This document shows, piece by piece, positions 37,372 to 46,940 of a DNA stretch of 64,000 nucleotides (positions are counted from its first letter, which is position 1; every line of letters starts with the position of its first letter). The translations under genes and the position numbers were made by a program. The notes under the pieces were generated by a model. That model saw only the letters and a program-made list of their open reading frames with translations, was not told the DNA's origin and did no database searches. Location of the stretch: the NCBI GenBank assembly GCA_964549075.1, contig CAZJUB010000006.1, positions 1 through 64,000 of the forward strand, given 5' to 3'. This DNA is from an uncultured archaeon (lineage in GTDB: Archaea > Asgardarchaeota > Heimdallarchaeia > Heimdallarchaeales > Heimdallarchaeaceae).

Positions 37372-40080
37372 ATGTCTTCAGAACATAATATAGCAATCAT
37401 AACTGTAGGGTATAAGAACAGCCCTTTTGTCAGGGAGGTACTACGTAATGAGATTATCCCCTATTCTTTAATTGCTAACAATACGAGTGATTTTCAAATT
37501 CATCATGCTGATCCTTCAAAGATACTATATTACAGCCTTGAATTTACTAATCTCATTGAAATGATTGCACAAAAAAGTATGGATTCATTAGCGGTGTTTG
37601 AGACACTGGGACAATTTTTTGAATTCTATAATCCTTTAAATCTCTCTACTTTGAATTACTTGATCTCAAAGTATGCAACTAGTATAAAACCTGGTACGAC
37701 TAATTACTGTGAATCATGGAAAAAAATAACTTCTGCTATATTTGAAGAAGTTTTAATACATCCTCTATTTGATGAATCAAGAATCTTTCATCTGAAGCAA
37801 GGAGCTGTAGAAGTTCCGGTACGTCAATTCTTGATATCAGAAATCTTAGAAAGAAAAAAAGATAATTCTAAGAATAATATAAAATTAAAAGAACAAGTTT
37901 TAGAAGATATAACGGGAATTATAGACCTTGATGCTGTTCCAAAGATGAAAATCTGTACTGATGCTACAAAGAAAATCATATCTGCTTCTGGTGTTATTAT
38001 AGTTCCCTCTGACGTTATCTCGTTATATATTTTATTCCAGTCTGCAGCTTTCAAAGATACTTTACAGAAAACTGATGGAAAGATTGCATTTATCTCACCT
38101 TTCTGGACTGAAACTAAGCTCAATCCCGTTGAGAAAGCTATATTGGAGAAAACAGGATTTGAACCTAGTTTAATAAATACTGTAAAACTTGTTAAAGATT
38201 ATGTAGATGCAGTTATAATCGATGATAAAGATACAGAACTAGTTTCAACTCTTAGAGAAGAAGGAATTACAGTACTAGTAGAGGATTTATTACCAGAAAA
38301 CCAGAAAACAAAGGAATTTCTAGATATGATTCTAAAGACAATAGACTTGTCTTTGGATACAATTGCAATTGAACCTAAAGGTTTGATTGAAGGTTTAGGA
38401 GAAAAATTAGTTAGTTTATTTAAAGCAAAAGAACCAAAGGAAATAAGACCGTCATTTGATGATGAAACAACAGAAATCGAGACTATTGAGGATATTGAGG
38501 ATAAAACAATTTTAGACAGTTTAATTGACGAAGAAACTAGTCAGTCAGTAAAAGTGAAATCGAACTTAGAACAAATAAAAACAGATTCTGCAGAATCTGA
38601 TGAAACAGATACTTTAACAGATGAATTTGAAATGGAAGTTATAGATACACAAAAAGAAATACCCACTATACCTACTCCTCCTCCAAAAGAAAGTTCTGTG
38701 AAATCAGATTTACTTATTCAGAAAGCTAATGGAAATTTTGTTCTTCCAGGAATTGAACAAATTACCCAATTTGAGCTTGAAGAATTAGATTCTCTTGATG
38801 TAGATGAACATATTATAAATTCTTTTATCGAAAGAGCCATGACATCAAATGCAGCAGGTATAGAGGTTGTTTTTTCTGATCTGTTATCCTTACAAAATAA
38901 TCCTCTGTTAATCGACAAAATATATCAAACTCTAATGAAAAAGCTAATAAAAATACGCGAAACAAACCCTGAAGAAAAAATTGCTGATATGATAACATAT
39001 CTATCAGCACATAAACCTGATTTTTATACAGAAAGGTTAACAATTCTATTAGAAGATACAATAAAATCTCAAACAGAAAACGCATTCTACCAGAATTTAA
39101 AAACCACTTCCTTAGTTATTAGAAGCTCATTATTGATTGCTGGTGAGATAATTGAACCTTTCATTATCAAGTATATTGGTACGACAGATATTTATCTTGA
39201 AGATAAGCTGCGAAGGATGATCAATTCATTCAGTGTATCAAACCTTGATATGATGATGTTAATCTCTAAAGTACTTTTGCACATATTTGCCATAGAAATA
39301 ACTAAAGAAGAACAAAATGACGAAATAATAAATAGAATTGTTGCTTTCTTAAGTATGTATGATGGTTTTACTGTTAGTATTGCTTTGATTACTCAAGAAT
39401 CAGATGAGGTAAGAGAGAGCTTTTTAGAAGAAATTTCTGAATTACAAATAGATGTTCCATTTAAAACCATAGTTTCGAAACTACTTGGAATATATTATAA
39501 CTCTACATATGATGAATTAGTACAGGAATTACATGGTCGTACTTTACCTGATACAGTGGAACTAGAAATGCTAAAAAGAAAATACATCAGTAGTCTTTCT
39601 AAGGTTGGTTCTATACCTCTAGAATTATTTGCAGAACAAGTTGGTTTAACTGTAGAAAAAGCAGAAAAAATGATTTATACTATGATTCTAAAAGAAGAGA
39701 TAGCTGCAAGGATAGAGTTGGTTAATGGTAGATTATATATTGTACAAGAAGGAAAAGAACCGATACCAGAAGAAGTCTCTGTCCCAGAAGAAGATGAAAA
39801 AGTATCACAAACTGAAGAAGCGAAGAAAGAGAAAATAAAAGATTCAAAAGAAGTCTCTGAAAAACCTTCTAAAGACGAACCTTCTAAAGACGAACCTTCT
39901 AAAGACGAACCTTCTAAAGACGAACCTTCTAAAGACGAACCACCTAAAGATAAAGCACCAAAAAAAGAACTGACTGAAAAAGTAGAAGAATCTGAGGAAT
40001 ATGTTTGTGAGAAATGCGGTAAAAGTTTCACAACTAAACGGGGTTTATCTATGCATATTAACAGAGTGCATAAAGAATAA
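37372..40080 (+). CDS. Multidomain protein: degenerate CofD/UPF0052-like domain + helical solenoid + PCI/winged-helix + PSKDE repeats + C2H2 zinc finger
   Basis: CofD-like VII.PS, ISP and G.EPS......VDA.IID..D; PCI-like SIPL..FAE..GL.....E..I..MI....I.ARI...NG; terminal CEKC...H....H. Confidence 0.68.
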   Translation: MSSEHNIAIITVGYKNSPFVREVLRNEIIPYSLIANNTSDFQIHHADPSKILYYSLEFTNLIEMIAQKSMDSLAVFETLGQFFEFYNPLNLSTLNYLISKYATSIKPGTTNYCESWKKITSAIFEEVLIHPLFDESRIFHLKQGAVEVPVRQFLISEILERKKDNSKNNIKLKEQVLEDITGIIDLDAVPKMKICTDATKKIISASGVIIVPSDVISLYILFQSAAFKDTLQKTDGKIAFISPFWTETKLNPVEKAILEKTGFEPSLINTVKLVKDYVDAVIIDDKDTELVSTLREEGITVLVEDLLPENQKTKEFLDMILKTIDLSLDTIAIEPKGLIEGLGEKLVSLFKAKEPKEIRPSFDDETTEIETIEDIEDKTILDSLIDEETSQSVKVKSNLEQIKTDSAESDETDTLTDEFEMEVIDTQKEIPTIPTPPPKESSVKSDLLIQKANGNFVLPGIEQITQFELEELDSLDVDEHIINSFIERAMTSNAAGIEVVFSDLLSLQNNPLLIDKIYQTLMKKLIKIRETNPEEKIADMITYLSAHKPDFYTERLTILLEDTIKSQTENAFYQNLKTTSLVIRSSLLIAGEIIEPFIIKYIGTTDIYLEDKLRRMINSFSVSNLDMMMLISKVLLHIFAIEITKEEQNDEIINRIVAFLSMYDGFTVSIALITQESDEVRESFLEEISELQIDVPFKTIVSKLLGIYYNSTYDELVQELHGRTLPDTVELEMLKRKYISSLSKVGSIPLELFAEQVGLTVEKAEKMIYTMILKEEIAARIELVNGRLYIVQEGKEPIPEEVSVPEEDEKVSQTEEAKKEKIKDSKEVSEKPSKDEPSKDEPSKDEPSKDEPSKDEPPKDKAPKKELTEKVEESEEYVCEKCGKSFTTKRGLSMHINRVHKE
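39865..39954 (+). repeat. In-frame 15-bp tandem repeat (CCTTCTAAAGACGAA) x5 plus one degenerate copy, encoding PSKDE
   Basis: Five perfect contiguous copies at 39865-39939, then CCACCTAAAGATAAA. Confidence 0.97.
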
Positions 40081-40139
40081 ATTTGTGAGTAATCTCTGTT
40101 CTTAGATATATTTTTATTGTAAATTAATAATTTTCAACT

Positions 40140-40664
40140 ATGAGAAAAAAGCAAGTTGCAGTGATTGGTTCAGGTACTGTTAACAAGAAGAGTGATAGTT
40201 TTACTTTAGCCATTAAATTAGGTCAACATTTGATAGATTCAGATTACCGAATTTTGTGCGGGGGATTGGAAGGCATTATGGCAGCTGTTTGTAAAGGAGC
40301 GAAATTGTCTGACAATTATAAAGAAGGAATGACAGTGGGGATTATTCCATCTCTTGACAAATCTATAAGCAATCCATATGTTGACATAAGTATCGCTACT
40401 GGAGTTTCATTTGCTAGAAATCAAATCATTATAGCTTCTGCGGATGCTGTAATAGCAATTGGAGGAGGAGCAGGAACTTTATCAGAATTATCTTTTGCTT
40501 GGCAATTGAAGAAACCAATTTTAGCTTTCATTAATGCTGAAGGTTGGTCTAACAAACTAGCAGGAAAACGAATTGATAACTCACGAACTGATGTAATTAT
40601 AGCATGTCAGTCTGTAGAAGCTGCAATAACTCATTTAAGTAGAATTTTTAACAATATTCAATAA
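40140..40664 (+). CDS. TIGR00725 / LOG-like (SLOG) nucleotide-binding protein
   Basis: VAVIGS, CGG..GIM.A, VGIIP, ARN.II, GG.AGTLSE motifs. Confidence 0.9.
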   Translation: MRKKQVAVIGSGTVNKKSDSFTLAIKLGQHLIDSDYRILCGGLEGIMAAVCKGAKLSDNYKEGMTVGIIPSLDKSISNPYVDISIATGVSFARNQIIIASADAVIAIGGGAGTLSELSFAWQLKKPILAFINAEGWSNKLAGKRIDNSRTDVIIACQSVEAAITHLSRIFNNIQ

Positions 40665-40707
40665 GTTGAATCAATAGATTTAAAGCATATCTTCTCAAAT
40701 TTAACTT

Positions 40708-41706
40708 ATGCTAGTATGTCTGTTTAAGTTGGAGGAAATAGGTCCTGACTTGGTTGAAATGGTTTTGGATAAGAACGTTGAATTTTCACAAGAAACAATT
40801 GATAAATTTACATTTTCAGGATCTGTTACTTATTCACTTATCTTTCAAGGTATGCTTACATTAGATGATATGACTACTGAGCTTTATGGTCCTTTTCCAT
40901 TTGCGTTTTCGTCAGGTTTCGTTCAATATGCATTTTCCTTTATTGCAGAAGATAAAACTATGACAGATGAAAGAATGAAAGAAAAAACCTTAGGACTTTT
41001 AATAATGTTAGTACCAGAGATGGTCTCAAAAATTGATACTTTCAGAGAAGAATTAGCTAAAACTCTAATCTATAAATTTCATAAAATCTATAAAATCTCA
41101 CAAGTAGATACACAGTTCCTTAAAGATATAATTACTTCTTACAACGAAATCCTACAAGATTTACTAAGCTCTCAACAAGCTGAGCTTCTTTCGAAACAAA
41201 TCTTAGAGTTCTTGAAATCTACACCAAAACCAAAAAAGAAAGACATACAAAAAATTGCTATTGTCTATCCTGATGAGTTTTCTGGAAATATCAAGAAATA
41301 TTATGCTTCTTTACTCAGTTCTTTACCGTATACAGAAACATCATTCTCAGAAAACAAAGCATATATTCAGACTCCTACCTATGAGTTTAACTTCATTAAA
41401 GATATAGCTGTAACTGAAGATTTTCTTAAATCCCAAAAAGCTATGATTTTATTAGCAGATGTTAAAAATAAGAGGTATAAAAGCGTCTATGATGTTGCAT
41501 CAATGATAAAAAGTCCGATGAAAATTGCTTTGGTAGTCTCTCTTCCTGAAAAGATAGAAAAGGCTAGCACTGAGTATGCTAAGTTCTTTACTGGTTTGCA
41601 AAGATATTTAGGAAGCATGCCTTTCTTTTCAGCAAGCTTTAATTCTAGTTACGAATTTAAAAGTAAAATGCTAGAAGCATTATTTTGGACCTTATCTCCA
41701 GAGTAA
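40708..41706 (+). CDS. Hypothetical protein: longin/uDENN-like N-domain + degenerate small-GTPase-like C-domain
   Basis: N-terminal LF.LEEIGP...LYGP.P...YAF...D...D.R; C-terminal KIAIV, AMILLADV, IALVV, FFSAS follows GTPase strand order without P-loop residues. Confidence 0.45.
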   Translation: MLVCLFKLEEIGPDLVEMVLDKNVEFSQETIDKFTFSGSVTYSLIFQGMLTLDDMTTELYGPFPFAFSSGFVQYAFSFIAEDKTMTDERMKEKTLGLLIMLVPEMVSKIDTFREELAKTLIYKFHKIYKISQVDTQFLKDIITSYNEILQDLLSSQQAELLSKQILEFLKSTPKPKKKDIQKIAIVYPDEFSGNIKKYYASLLSSLPYTETSFSENKAYIQTPTYEFNFIKDIAVTEDFLKSQKAMILLADVKNKRYKSVYDVASMIKSPMKIALVVSLPEKIEKASTEYAKFFTGLQRYLGSMPFFSASFNSSYEFKSKMLEALFWTLSPE

Positions 41707-41709
41707 TGT

Positions 41710-42816
41710 TTAAATCTTAATTTTCTTTATACAATTCTGATCTATCTTATTTTCTAGAATTTCAACTCCAATTCCTGTATCTTTGTTGGGTACAGTAAGA
41801 GTTCCATCTTGGTTTAATTCAAAAATTGGTTTTATAATGTAATCTGTGTAATATCTAGCACTTTCACTTATGTCATTTGGTAGCGTAAAAGTCTTCAAAC
41901 TAGCAACAGCTACATTTTTTGCTCTGCCAATCCCTGTTTCTAACATTCCTCCACACCATAAAGGAATTTTCGTTTCTTCTGCTAATTTGTGTATAAGCAA
42001 AGTTTCAGATATACCTCCAACCCTTGCTGGTTTAACATTTATTATTCTTGTAGCATCAATCTCTATTGCAACTCTAGCATCGTCGACATTTTTTATTGAT
42101 TCATCCAAGCAAATTGGTGTCGAAAGTTCTTTTTGTAAAGATGCGTGATCTATTATATCATAATATTGCAAAGGTTGTTCTATCATCATGAGGTCAAATT
42201 TATCAAGTTTTATGAAAATATCTAGGTCTTTAAGACGATAAGCATTATTTGCATCTACCATGAGAGGAAGATCAGGGTACTGATCGCGAATCTGCTTAAT
42301 AATATCCACATCCCATCCTGGTTCGATCTTAATCTTAACTCTTTGATAATTCTTCATTACTGCTGCTTCTATCTTTTCCAAAAGAATACTGACATTTTGT
42401 TGAATTCCAAGAGAAATTCCAGAAGGAATTTTATCTTTAGTACCTCCAATCAAATTCTGGAGAGTTTTTCCTTTTATCTTACCATATAAATCCCAAATGG
42501 CATCCTCTACACACGCTTTTGCCATTTGATTCCCTTTTATACTCTTAGCAATCCCTTTGAACTCAGTAGGATGGGAGATCTCTTTATCCTTAATCCAAGG
42601 TACAAGATAATCAGAGATTATGTGAATACAAGAAGTTATTGTCTCTCCAGAATACCATGGACCAGCTTCTGAAACGCACTCACCCCATCCTTTAAATCCC
42701 TCAGATTCAAGACAAATAAACAACATCTCTCTGTCTTTTGTTTCCCCAAAACTTGTTCTGAAAGGATATCGAAGATTCATTCGAAGTAAAAATAGATTTG
42801 CATTTTCAATTTTCAT
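41710..42816 (-). CDS. menC: o-Succinylbenzoate synthase / N-succinylamino acid racemase (enolase superfamily)
   Basis: PF.TSFG, KIKI.PGWD, VDAN, IEQPL, CLDESI, KPARVGG, WCGGMLETGIGRA motifs. Confidence 0.92.
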   Translation of the reverse strand: MKIENANLFLLRMNLRYPFRTSFGETKDREMLFICLESEGFKGWGECVSEAGPWYSGETITSCIHIISDYLVPWIKDKEISHPTEFKGIAKSIKGNQMAKACVEDAIWDLYGKIKGKTLQNLIGGTKDKIPSGISLGIQQNVSILLEKIEAAVMKNYQRVKIKIEPGWDVDIIKQIRDQYPDLPLMVDANNAYRLKDLDIFIKLDKFDLMMIEQPLQYYDIIDHASLQKELSTPICLDESIKNVDDARVAIEIDATRIINVKPARVGGISETLLIHKLAEETKIPLWCGGMLETGIGRAKNVAVASLKTFTLPNDISESARYYTDYIIKPIFELNQDGTLTVPNKDTGIGVEILENKIDQNCIKKIKI

Positions 42817-42868
42817 ATCTATAACCTGATGTTGACATCTATTTCGAGAGAATTTAAAATTTTATCTT

Positions 42869-43702
42869 TCAGACTTCAAGAATATGAAAACATCTGATTG
42901 AATCATGAGATTTAAGCACAATAAAATCAATAACCTTGTAATTTAGGTTGAAATATTTTTGAAAAGCAGCTCTAGTTTGAAGTCTCCATTCTATTGCAAG
43001 TTTCTTATTTGCTCTCTTCATTTCAACGAAATTATTGGGAACTTCAATGGAAACAACTGATTCTTTTAAGTCCATATTCATATCCTTAATATAGATATAA
43101 TCACCAACTTGAATTGTTTCAAACACTTGTTTTTTTGAATCTGATATTATATCACTATAATCTGTATAAATCTGATTTATGTGATTATCTACATGCTTAG
43201 ATTGCAGATTCCAATCGCAAAAAAACCTGTCAGTTTCTATACCTTTATTCAACTGATCTTTTAATTCCAACCAATAATTGACTTTGTAGGTATTACAAGT
43301 AGCACCTAATTTGTGAAGATTCAAGTTACAGTTTTTTGTTTGTAATGGATCAAAGACCCATTTAATTAGTTTATATCCATTATTAAGTGCCCATTTCCTT
43401 TGTTCTAATTTTAAAAGGCAACCAATGCTTTTATTCTGATATTCTTTCCTGACTGCATTGTGGTGGGAGTAGATAAATTTACGGAATTGTTTATTATAAC
43501 CAATCCAACCCCAAGTATAACCGATCATTAAATCATCAAGAAAAGCTCCTATTACCATTCCACCACTTTGAGAAGTAGCAAAAAGAATCCTTTTAGGGAC
43601 AATTTCTCTATCTGGAAATCCCCACGAATCTTCCTGAACATTTTCTACCTGACTATATTCTTCAAAACGGTCTAGTACGCGAAATTTTATCTGATTTTCC
43701 AT
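42869..43702 (-). CDS. GNAT family acyl(succinyl)transferase of the NSAR-associated type
   Basis: GG.V.GAF, YSH..AV..EYQ...IG..LK..QR, W.FDPL...N...N..KLGA, TDR...W motifs; directly upstream of menC/NSAR. Confidence 0.85.
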   Translation of the reverse strand: MENQIKFRVLDRFEEYSQVENVQEDSWGFPDREIVPKRILFATSQSGGMVIGAFLDDLMIGYTWGWIGYNKQFRKFIYSHHNAVRKEYQNKSIGCLLKLEQRKWALNNGYKLIKWVFDPLQTKNCNLNLHKLGATCNTYKVNYWLELKDQLNKGIETDRFFCDWNLQSKHVDNHINQIYTDYSDIISDSKKQVFETIQVGDYIYIKDMNMDLKESVVSIEVPNNFVEMKRANKKLAIEWRLQTRAAFQKYFNLNYKVIDFIVLKSHDSIRCFHILEV

Positions 43703-43713
43703 GACTTGACCTT

Positions 43714-45012
43714 CTATTTCTCAAATGAAAGAGATTGAACTGTAGTGTTTTTTAAAAATTCAAATAATATTACTGCGAATGCATAAGCTAAATTGTTTGG
43801 AGTGTACCTATCTCCTTTTGTTAGTCTTCTAATTCTAAAAAGCAATTGTTCGATTATGGTCTGTTTATTTTCTTCTATAAATTCGTGAGGTTCAGATACG
43901 AATTTAGCATATAATCTAATGTCAATTAGTGGTAGTGCCATCTGAGGATATTCTTCAAAAATACTAAACCAAGTTTCAAGTAAATATTGTAAATATTTCT
44001 CCTGGTCTGCTATATCCTGAATTCCAAATTCATCAACTGCCATTCGTCTAAGAACTCTCTCAATATTTCTCTCCAGATTTGTTCTTTTAGTTTCTGTTAT
44101 CTCTTTTCTAAGTTTTAAAGTTTCAAATAACGTTTGTTCAATTGCTGATAAAAGTTGTTCAATTCTTCCATGATCCTTCTTATGTTGATCTAATGCTTGG
44201 AATTCTTTACGCATATCTGCAGTTTCTTCCTCAAATTCTTGATGACGTTTTTCTATGGTTTTATTGAAAGCTTCTTGTAAAATATCATAATATCGGGCTA
44301 TTATGCTATTATTAATTAAATCATATAGAACTATTTCATCATCTCCAAGAGGATAAGAATTAATAAAATCTGAATATAGTTGACCTGTTGATTTGACTGA
44401 ATCTAGTAATTGTTCTTCGAACATAATTTTCTCTAGAGTATAAGCGAATATCGCAGCAATAAATCTTAAATCAACAGTGAACTCACCTACTTCAAAGAAT
44501 AGAAAAGATTCTGTTAAGGCTGGCGTGAAATTTCTCAAATTGAGTATTGTTTTTACAATATCTTCATCAATTTCTAAACTACTAAGTTCTATAAAATGGT
44601 ATACGATATAGTTAATTGAGCTTGTAACTGTTTTCAAACTATTGATAAAAGAAGATAACAATCCTACAAATTCGTCATCAGTACATATCTGTTTCTTATC
44701 TGTTGCTTCTAAAAGAGCAGATATATCTTCTGCATAGAATGGGGCATCATATTTTTTCAAAATATCTTCTGTGACTATAATACCGTAGATAGCAAGTGCC
44801 ATATCCTTTTTCTGTGAAGATAAGAATCCAATATCACTTTTCAATTCCCTTCGTAGTTCACTTAAGAATGTTGGTTGTGTTTGTATAAAATGCTTAATCT
44901 TCGACTCTAAGGTCGAGTATATCTTTCTAAATTCATTTACAATTTCAACAACATCTTTTGGCTCATATTGCAATTCCTCAGTATTAACAATCTCTCTAAA
45001 CATCCTTAACAT
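43714..45012 (-). CDS. Hypothetical alpha-helical/coiled-coil protein
   Basis: Long ORF overlapping the upstream gene by 17 nt; no motif recognised. Confidence 0.6.
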   Translation of the reverse strand: MLRMFREIVNTEELQYEPKDVVEIVNEFRKIYSTLESKIKHFIQTQPTFLSELRRELKSDIGFLSSQKKDMALAIYGIIVTEDILKKYDAPFYAEDISALLEATDKKQICTDDEFVGLLSSFINSLKTVTSSINYIVYHFIELSSLEIDEDIVKTILNLRNFTPALTESFLFFEVGEFTVDLRFIAAIFAYTLEKIMFEEQLLDSVKSTGQLYSDFINSYPLGDDEIVLYDLINNSIIARYYDILQEAFNKTIEKRHQEFEEETADMRKEFQALDQHKKDHGRIEQLLSAIEQTLFETLKLRKEITETKRTNLERNIERVLRRMAVDEFGIQDIADQEKYLQYLLETWFSIFEEYPQMALPLIDIRLYAKFVSEPHEFIEENKQTIIEQLLFRIRRLTKGDRYTPNNLAYAFAVILFEFLKNTTVQSLSFEK

Positions 45013-46213
45013 CTCCTTGGTAGATCTCGTCTATTTCTTTAAAATTCGATATTTTTTCTAACTCCTTACCTTTGATGAATTTAGTTACTTTCCAACCTCT
45101 TAGTTCTGATTTAGATATAACTTGCTCCCAATTGAACTCACCTTTCAAACCATTCTTGATATCTCTCATAATAACAGGAAGAGAAACACTTGATATAAAG
45201 CAGTTATCAGTATATCTTGTATCTGTGATGCAAGCAAAGATGTAGATTTCCTTCTTACCTTTAATTTCATAAATGAAATTAATCTGAATAATATCATTTG
45301 TATCCTTATAGGTAAATATAGCATCAGACGGGATGATAATGTTCTCTCTCATTTTATACTCTCCTAATTGATTCAATAATAATAGCAATTTACGATTTGG
45401 AAACGTTTTATTGATCAAGTTTATCAAACTTTTAGGAGATGACTCTTCTAAATCAGTAATTATATTTTCAATTTCATTAGGAATAACAAATGATATATTT
45501 TCAACTTTTAACATTGGAGGAGCTAATAAGATCTCCCCACCACAATCACATATTACACTTGTATTTTCTTCTAGAGTAGTATAAATCTTACCACACTTAC
45601 CATTACATTGTGAAACATCTGTTAAAACGTAGGCTTTGATTAATACAGCACCTGTAATCATAGGTGTCAAACCTGAAAAATCAGCTCTACCTCTTAAACT
45701 AAGTTCGTCACAAATCTGCCAATGGAGATATTTACCTAATTTATGTAAATCAATATTAATATCTTCAAGTTGTTTTTCCAAATTTATTTCTCCAAGCTCT
45801 CTATAATATTGTGTTCTCTTATAGACGCCTAACAGTGCTTCTGAAATCAACTCAATCTCTTCATGTATACTGTTTAAATCTATATCATAGAAATTAGAAC
45901 TAAGATAATTTAGAAAACTAAAAGTATCGATTTTATGTTTTGTAAGAATTGAATAATTCTGTTTTTTATTAATATCAAATGCATCTAAAACAGTGTATTT
46001 TGAGCCATTCAACATATATTTCGCTTCATCAAAAACATCGTCCAAAGAGAAATTAGCAAGAGCTGCTTTTAATTGCTGTTTACTTGTTTTATCTATGTCT
46101 CCAGATGTGTTTTTAAAGCATTCAAATATGTGTAAAGGTAAATTTGTCTCATTATCCGGAAATTCACCTATATATAAATTAAGAAGATCTGAAGATAAGT
46201 TCTCAATATTCAT
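44996..46213 (-). CDS. Hypothetical protein with a Zn-ribbon-like Cys cluster
   Basis: CNGKC...CDCGG in the middle of the protein. Confidence 0.6.
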   Translation of the reverse strand: MNIENLSSDLLNLYIGEFPDNETNLPLHIFECFKNTSGDIDKTSKQQLKAALANFSLDDVFDEAKYMLNGSKYTVLDAFDINKKQNYSILTKHKIDTFSFLNYLSSNFYDIDLNSIHEEIELISEALLGVYKRTQYYRELGEINLEKQLEDINIDLHKLGKYLHWQICDELSLRGRADFSGLTPMITGAVLIKAYVLTDVSQCNGKCGKIYTTLEENTSVICDCGGEILLAPPMLKVENISFVIPNEIENIITDLEESSPKSLINLINKTFPNRKLLLLLNQLGEYKMRENIIIPSDAIFTYKDTNDIIQINFIYEIKGKKEIYIFACITDTRYTDNCFISSVSLPVIMRDIKNGLKGEFNWEQVISKSELRGWKVTKFIKGKELEKISNFKEIDEIYQGDVKDV

Positions 46214-46324
46214 AATTGATCCTTCTTATAATGGTAATATATTTTCAAATTTATTATTGAAAAAGGGTTTTTCAACTTTTACTTATTCTTCAGTAAAAAC
46301 AAAAAAAATTACAAACATTTTTGT

Positions 46325-46837
46325 CTAGTTTTTAATACCTAACGCAATTTCTATAATTTTACGGAAAACGGGATAAAGATTCTTATCTTCCTTTGCTGAG
46401 ACCTCAAAGTAAGCTGTCTTAAGTTCAGAAGCAACTCTCTCAACATCTTCAAGTTTTACTTCTCGTTTTTCTTCTAAATCAGTCTTATTACCTATAATAA
46501 TAAACGGAATATCTCCAACAGATTCATATAGTAAATCTTTCCAATAACCTAATCTATCAAAACTCTCTTTATTGGTTATATCATAAATAAGTGCTGCAAT
46601 AGCTGAACCTTGAAAATATTTGGGTAAAACTGGTAAAAACCTCTCCTGGGAGCCAGAATCACCAATAATTAGCTTAATATCCTTACCATCGATCATTGTT
46701 TCCCAGATAAGAAAGTTTGCTCCTAATGTTGGTTGGTGAGATACAGGAAAGGAACCTTGAGCTTGTCTTAGTGCAATTGATGTTTTACCTACTCCTGGTT
46801 CTCCGCATAAAGATACTTTTAAGCTAATATCAGTCAT
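46325..46837 (-). CDS. Rab-like small GTPase (Ras superfamily)
   Basis: G1 GEPGVGKT, G2 PTLG, G3 variant DSGSQERF, G4 NKTD, G5 SAK; no C-terminal prenylation motif. Confidence 0.93.
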   Translation of the reverse strand: MTDISLKVSLCGEPGVGKTSIALRQAQGSFPVSHQPTLGANFLIWETMIDGKDIKLIIGDSGSQERFLPVLPKYFQGSAIAALIYDITNKESFDRLGYWKDLLYESVGDIPFIIIGNKTDLEEKREVKLEDVERVASELKTAYFEVSAKEDKNLYPVFRKIIEIALGIKN

Positions 46838-46940
46838 AGTTCACAGTACTACTCTTCTTTTTATTTTAAAGCGTTGTTATTATCCTAAGAATAAAAAGAA
46901 AATAATTTATATTTCTACAATCTCTTTCTTCTGTATTCTT

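Noticed and set aside
39865-39954. Possible CRISPR array
   Set aside because: The 15-bp units are contiguous with no spacers, lie in frame inside a CDS, and no cas genes are present.
39675-40031. Minus-strand ORF with GSSLE repeats
   Set aside because: Antisense shadow of the PSKDE coding repeat.
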